Shown piece after piece: positions 62,775 to 64,000 of a DNA stretch of 64,000 bases (the stretch's first letter is position 1; each line of letters opens with the position of its first letter). Below the pieces are notes generated by a model. The model was not told the DNA's origin, searched no databases, and worked only from the letters and a program-made list of their open reading frames with translations. Origin of the DNA: Carcharhinus amblyrhynchos (taxonomy: Eukaryota); NCBI GenBank assembly GCA_965287045.1, contig CBDIYR020000003.1, forward strand, positions 7,998,001 through 8,062,000, written 5' to 3'. The translations under genes and the position numbers were made by a program.

Positions 62775-62965
62775 TCATAAGAACATAAGAAACATAAGAA
62801 ATAGGAGCAGGAGTAGGCCATCCAGCCCTTCGAGCCTGCCCCGCCATTCAATAAGATCATGGCTGATCTGTCGCTGCTCAGTTCCACTTTCCCGCCCTCT
62901 CCCCATAACCCTTAATCCCCTCTCCCATCAAAAACCCATCAACCCGTGTCTTAAAAATATTCACT
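62775..62965 (-). mobile_element. CR1 LINE 3' terminus
   Basis: (cataagaa)n tail followed by ataggagcaggagtaggccat... Confidence 0.8.
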
Positions 62966-63454
62966 TTTCCTTTAACTCTTTCAGCGCTGAGCCGTGAGTT
63001 CAAATCTATAGCACACATAAAAACAAATTAATTTCCATGTCCTGAAACCATCGAAACTGCCCAGTATGTGCTTTTTTTTTTCTCTCCTTTTGGTCTCTGT
63101 AGTTGAAATTTTGGTTCTGGCTGTTTGCAGCTGAATGTTTGAGTTGTATTAATTTCTGCACCTCTGATCATCCAAAGGAAAAAAAAGCGGAGAGAATCGT
63201 GACATCTGCCTATTCCTGCTGAGCAATGGGCAGTCAGCAGAGGGCACTGAACAGAAATGTACATGTAATCATATAGGTTGCTCAATAATTAATTTAAAAT
63301 TGAATAACATATTTGGAAGGTAGAGATCGTAGGACAGTGATCATGTCACTGAACTGTCCCAGACTAATAATATAGACATACGGGTTCAATTCAATTCCCC
63401 ACACAGCACCCTCAGTGAATCCAATGCAATTTGAATTTTTGAATTCAACAATAA

Positions 63455-64000
63455 CTCTTGTGTCACAGAAAGGCTTACATTAATACTGCAATAATGTCAC
63501 AGTGAAAATCCTCTAGTCATCACATTTCGACGTCTGTTCCAGTACATTGGTGTAGGTCAATGCACCGAACCAGAACATCTTTCAGACTGTGGGAGCAAAT
63601 CGGAGCACCCAGAGCAAACCTAAACAGTCACGGGGACAATATGCAAACTCCACACAGACAGTGACCCAAGCCAGGAATTGAACCCGAAATTCCCTCCATG
63701 TAGAGTCACAGAGTTTTACAATGAAGAAAGAGGCCCTTTGGCCCATCATGTCTGTGCCAGCCATTAAGCAACTATCTATCCTAATCCCATTTTTGAGCAA
63801 TTGGTTCATAATCTTGAATGCTATGGTGTTTCACATGGTCTTCTAAATGCTTCTTATATAATGTGAGGATTCCTGCCTCTTTCAAGACAGTGAGTTCCAG
63901 ATTCCCACCACCCTCTGAGTGAAAGTTGTTTCCTTCATTCTACTCTAAATCTCCTGCCCCTTCACTTAAATCTATCCCCCTGGTTATTGACCCTTCTGCT
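63455..64000 (-). mobile_element. SINE followed by CR1-like 3' UTR
   Basis: Reverse SINE body, then gagttccagattcccaccaccctctgagtgaaa CR1 motif. Confidence 0.7.

Overview
Vertebrate genomic DNA, most likely a cartilaginous fish (shark-type tRNA-derived SINEs, CR1 LINEs, Penelope-type termini, KRAB-less C2H2 arrays, GPR139-like receptor). Positions ~2.1-53.8 kb hold a T-cell receptor alpha/delta-type variable (V) segment array: 15 apparently intact V genes (8 on +, 7 on -), each with a leader, a V exon (Cys23/Trp41/Cys104) and a 23-type RSS, plus at least 6 V pseudogenes or relics. I found no D, J or C segments. Interspersed are two C2H2 zinc-finger pseudogenes, a duplicated ~2.3 kb block carrying tRNA-Lys(CTT) and a decayed tRNA-Glu, and many retroelements. 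A two-exon GPR139-like GPCR lies beyond the last V. Most unusual signals: (1) a V gene whose leader appears fused to the V exon with no intron but which keeps its RSS; (2) a V with an IgH-like CDR1/FR2 (YYAMHWYKQKPGKGLEWI) in a TCR-like frame; (3) a shared 3' cassette (CACACTG heptamer, 24-nt spacer, nonamer, CTCF motif ~25 bp downstream) on V genes of different families; (4) a V with a doubled germline CDR3 tail; (5) hammerhead-ribozyme cores in Penelope-type repeats. All coordinates were read by eye and no database searches were run.
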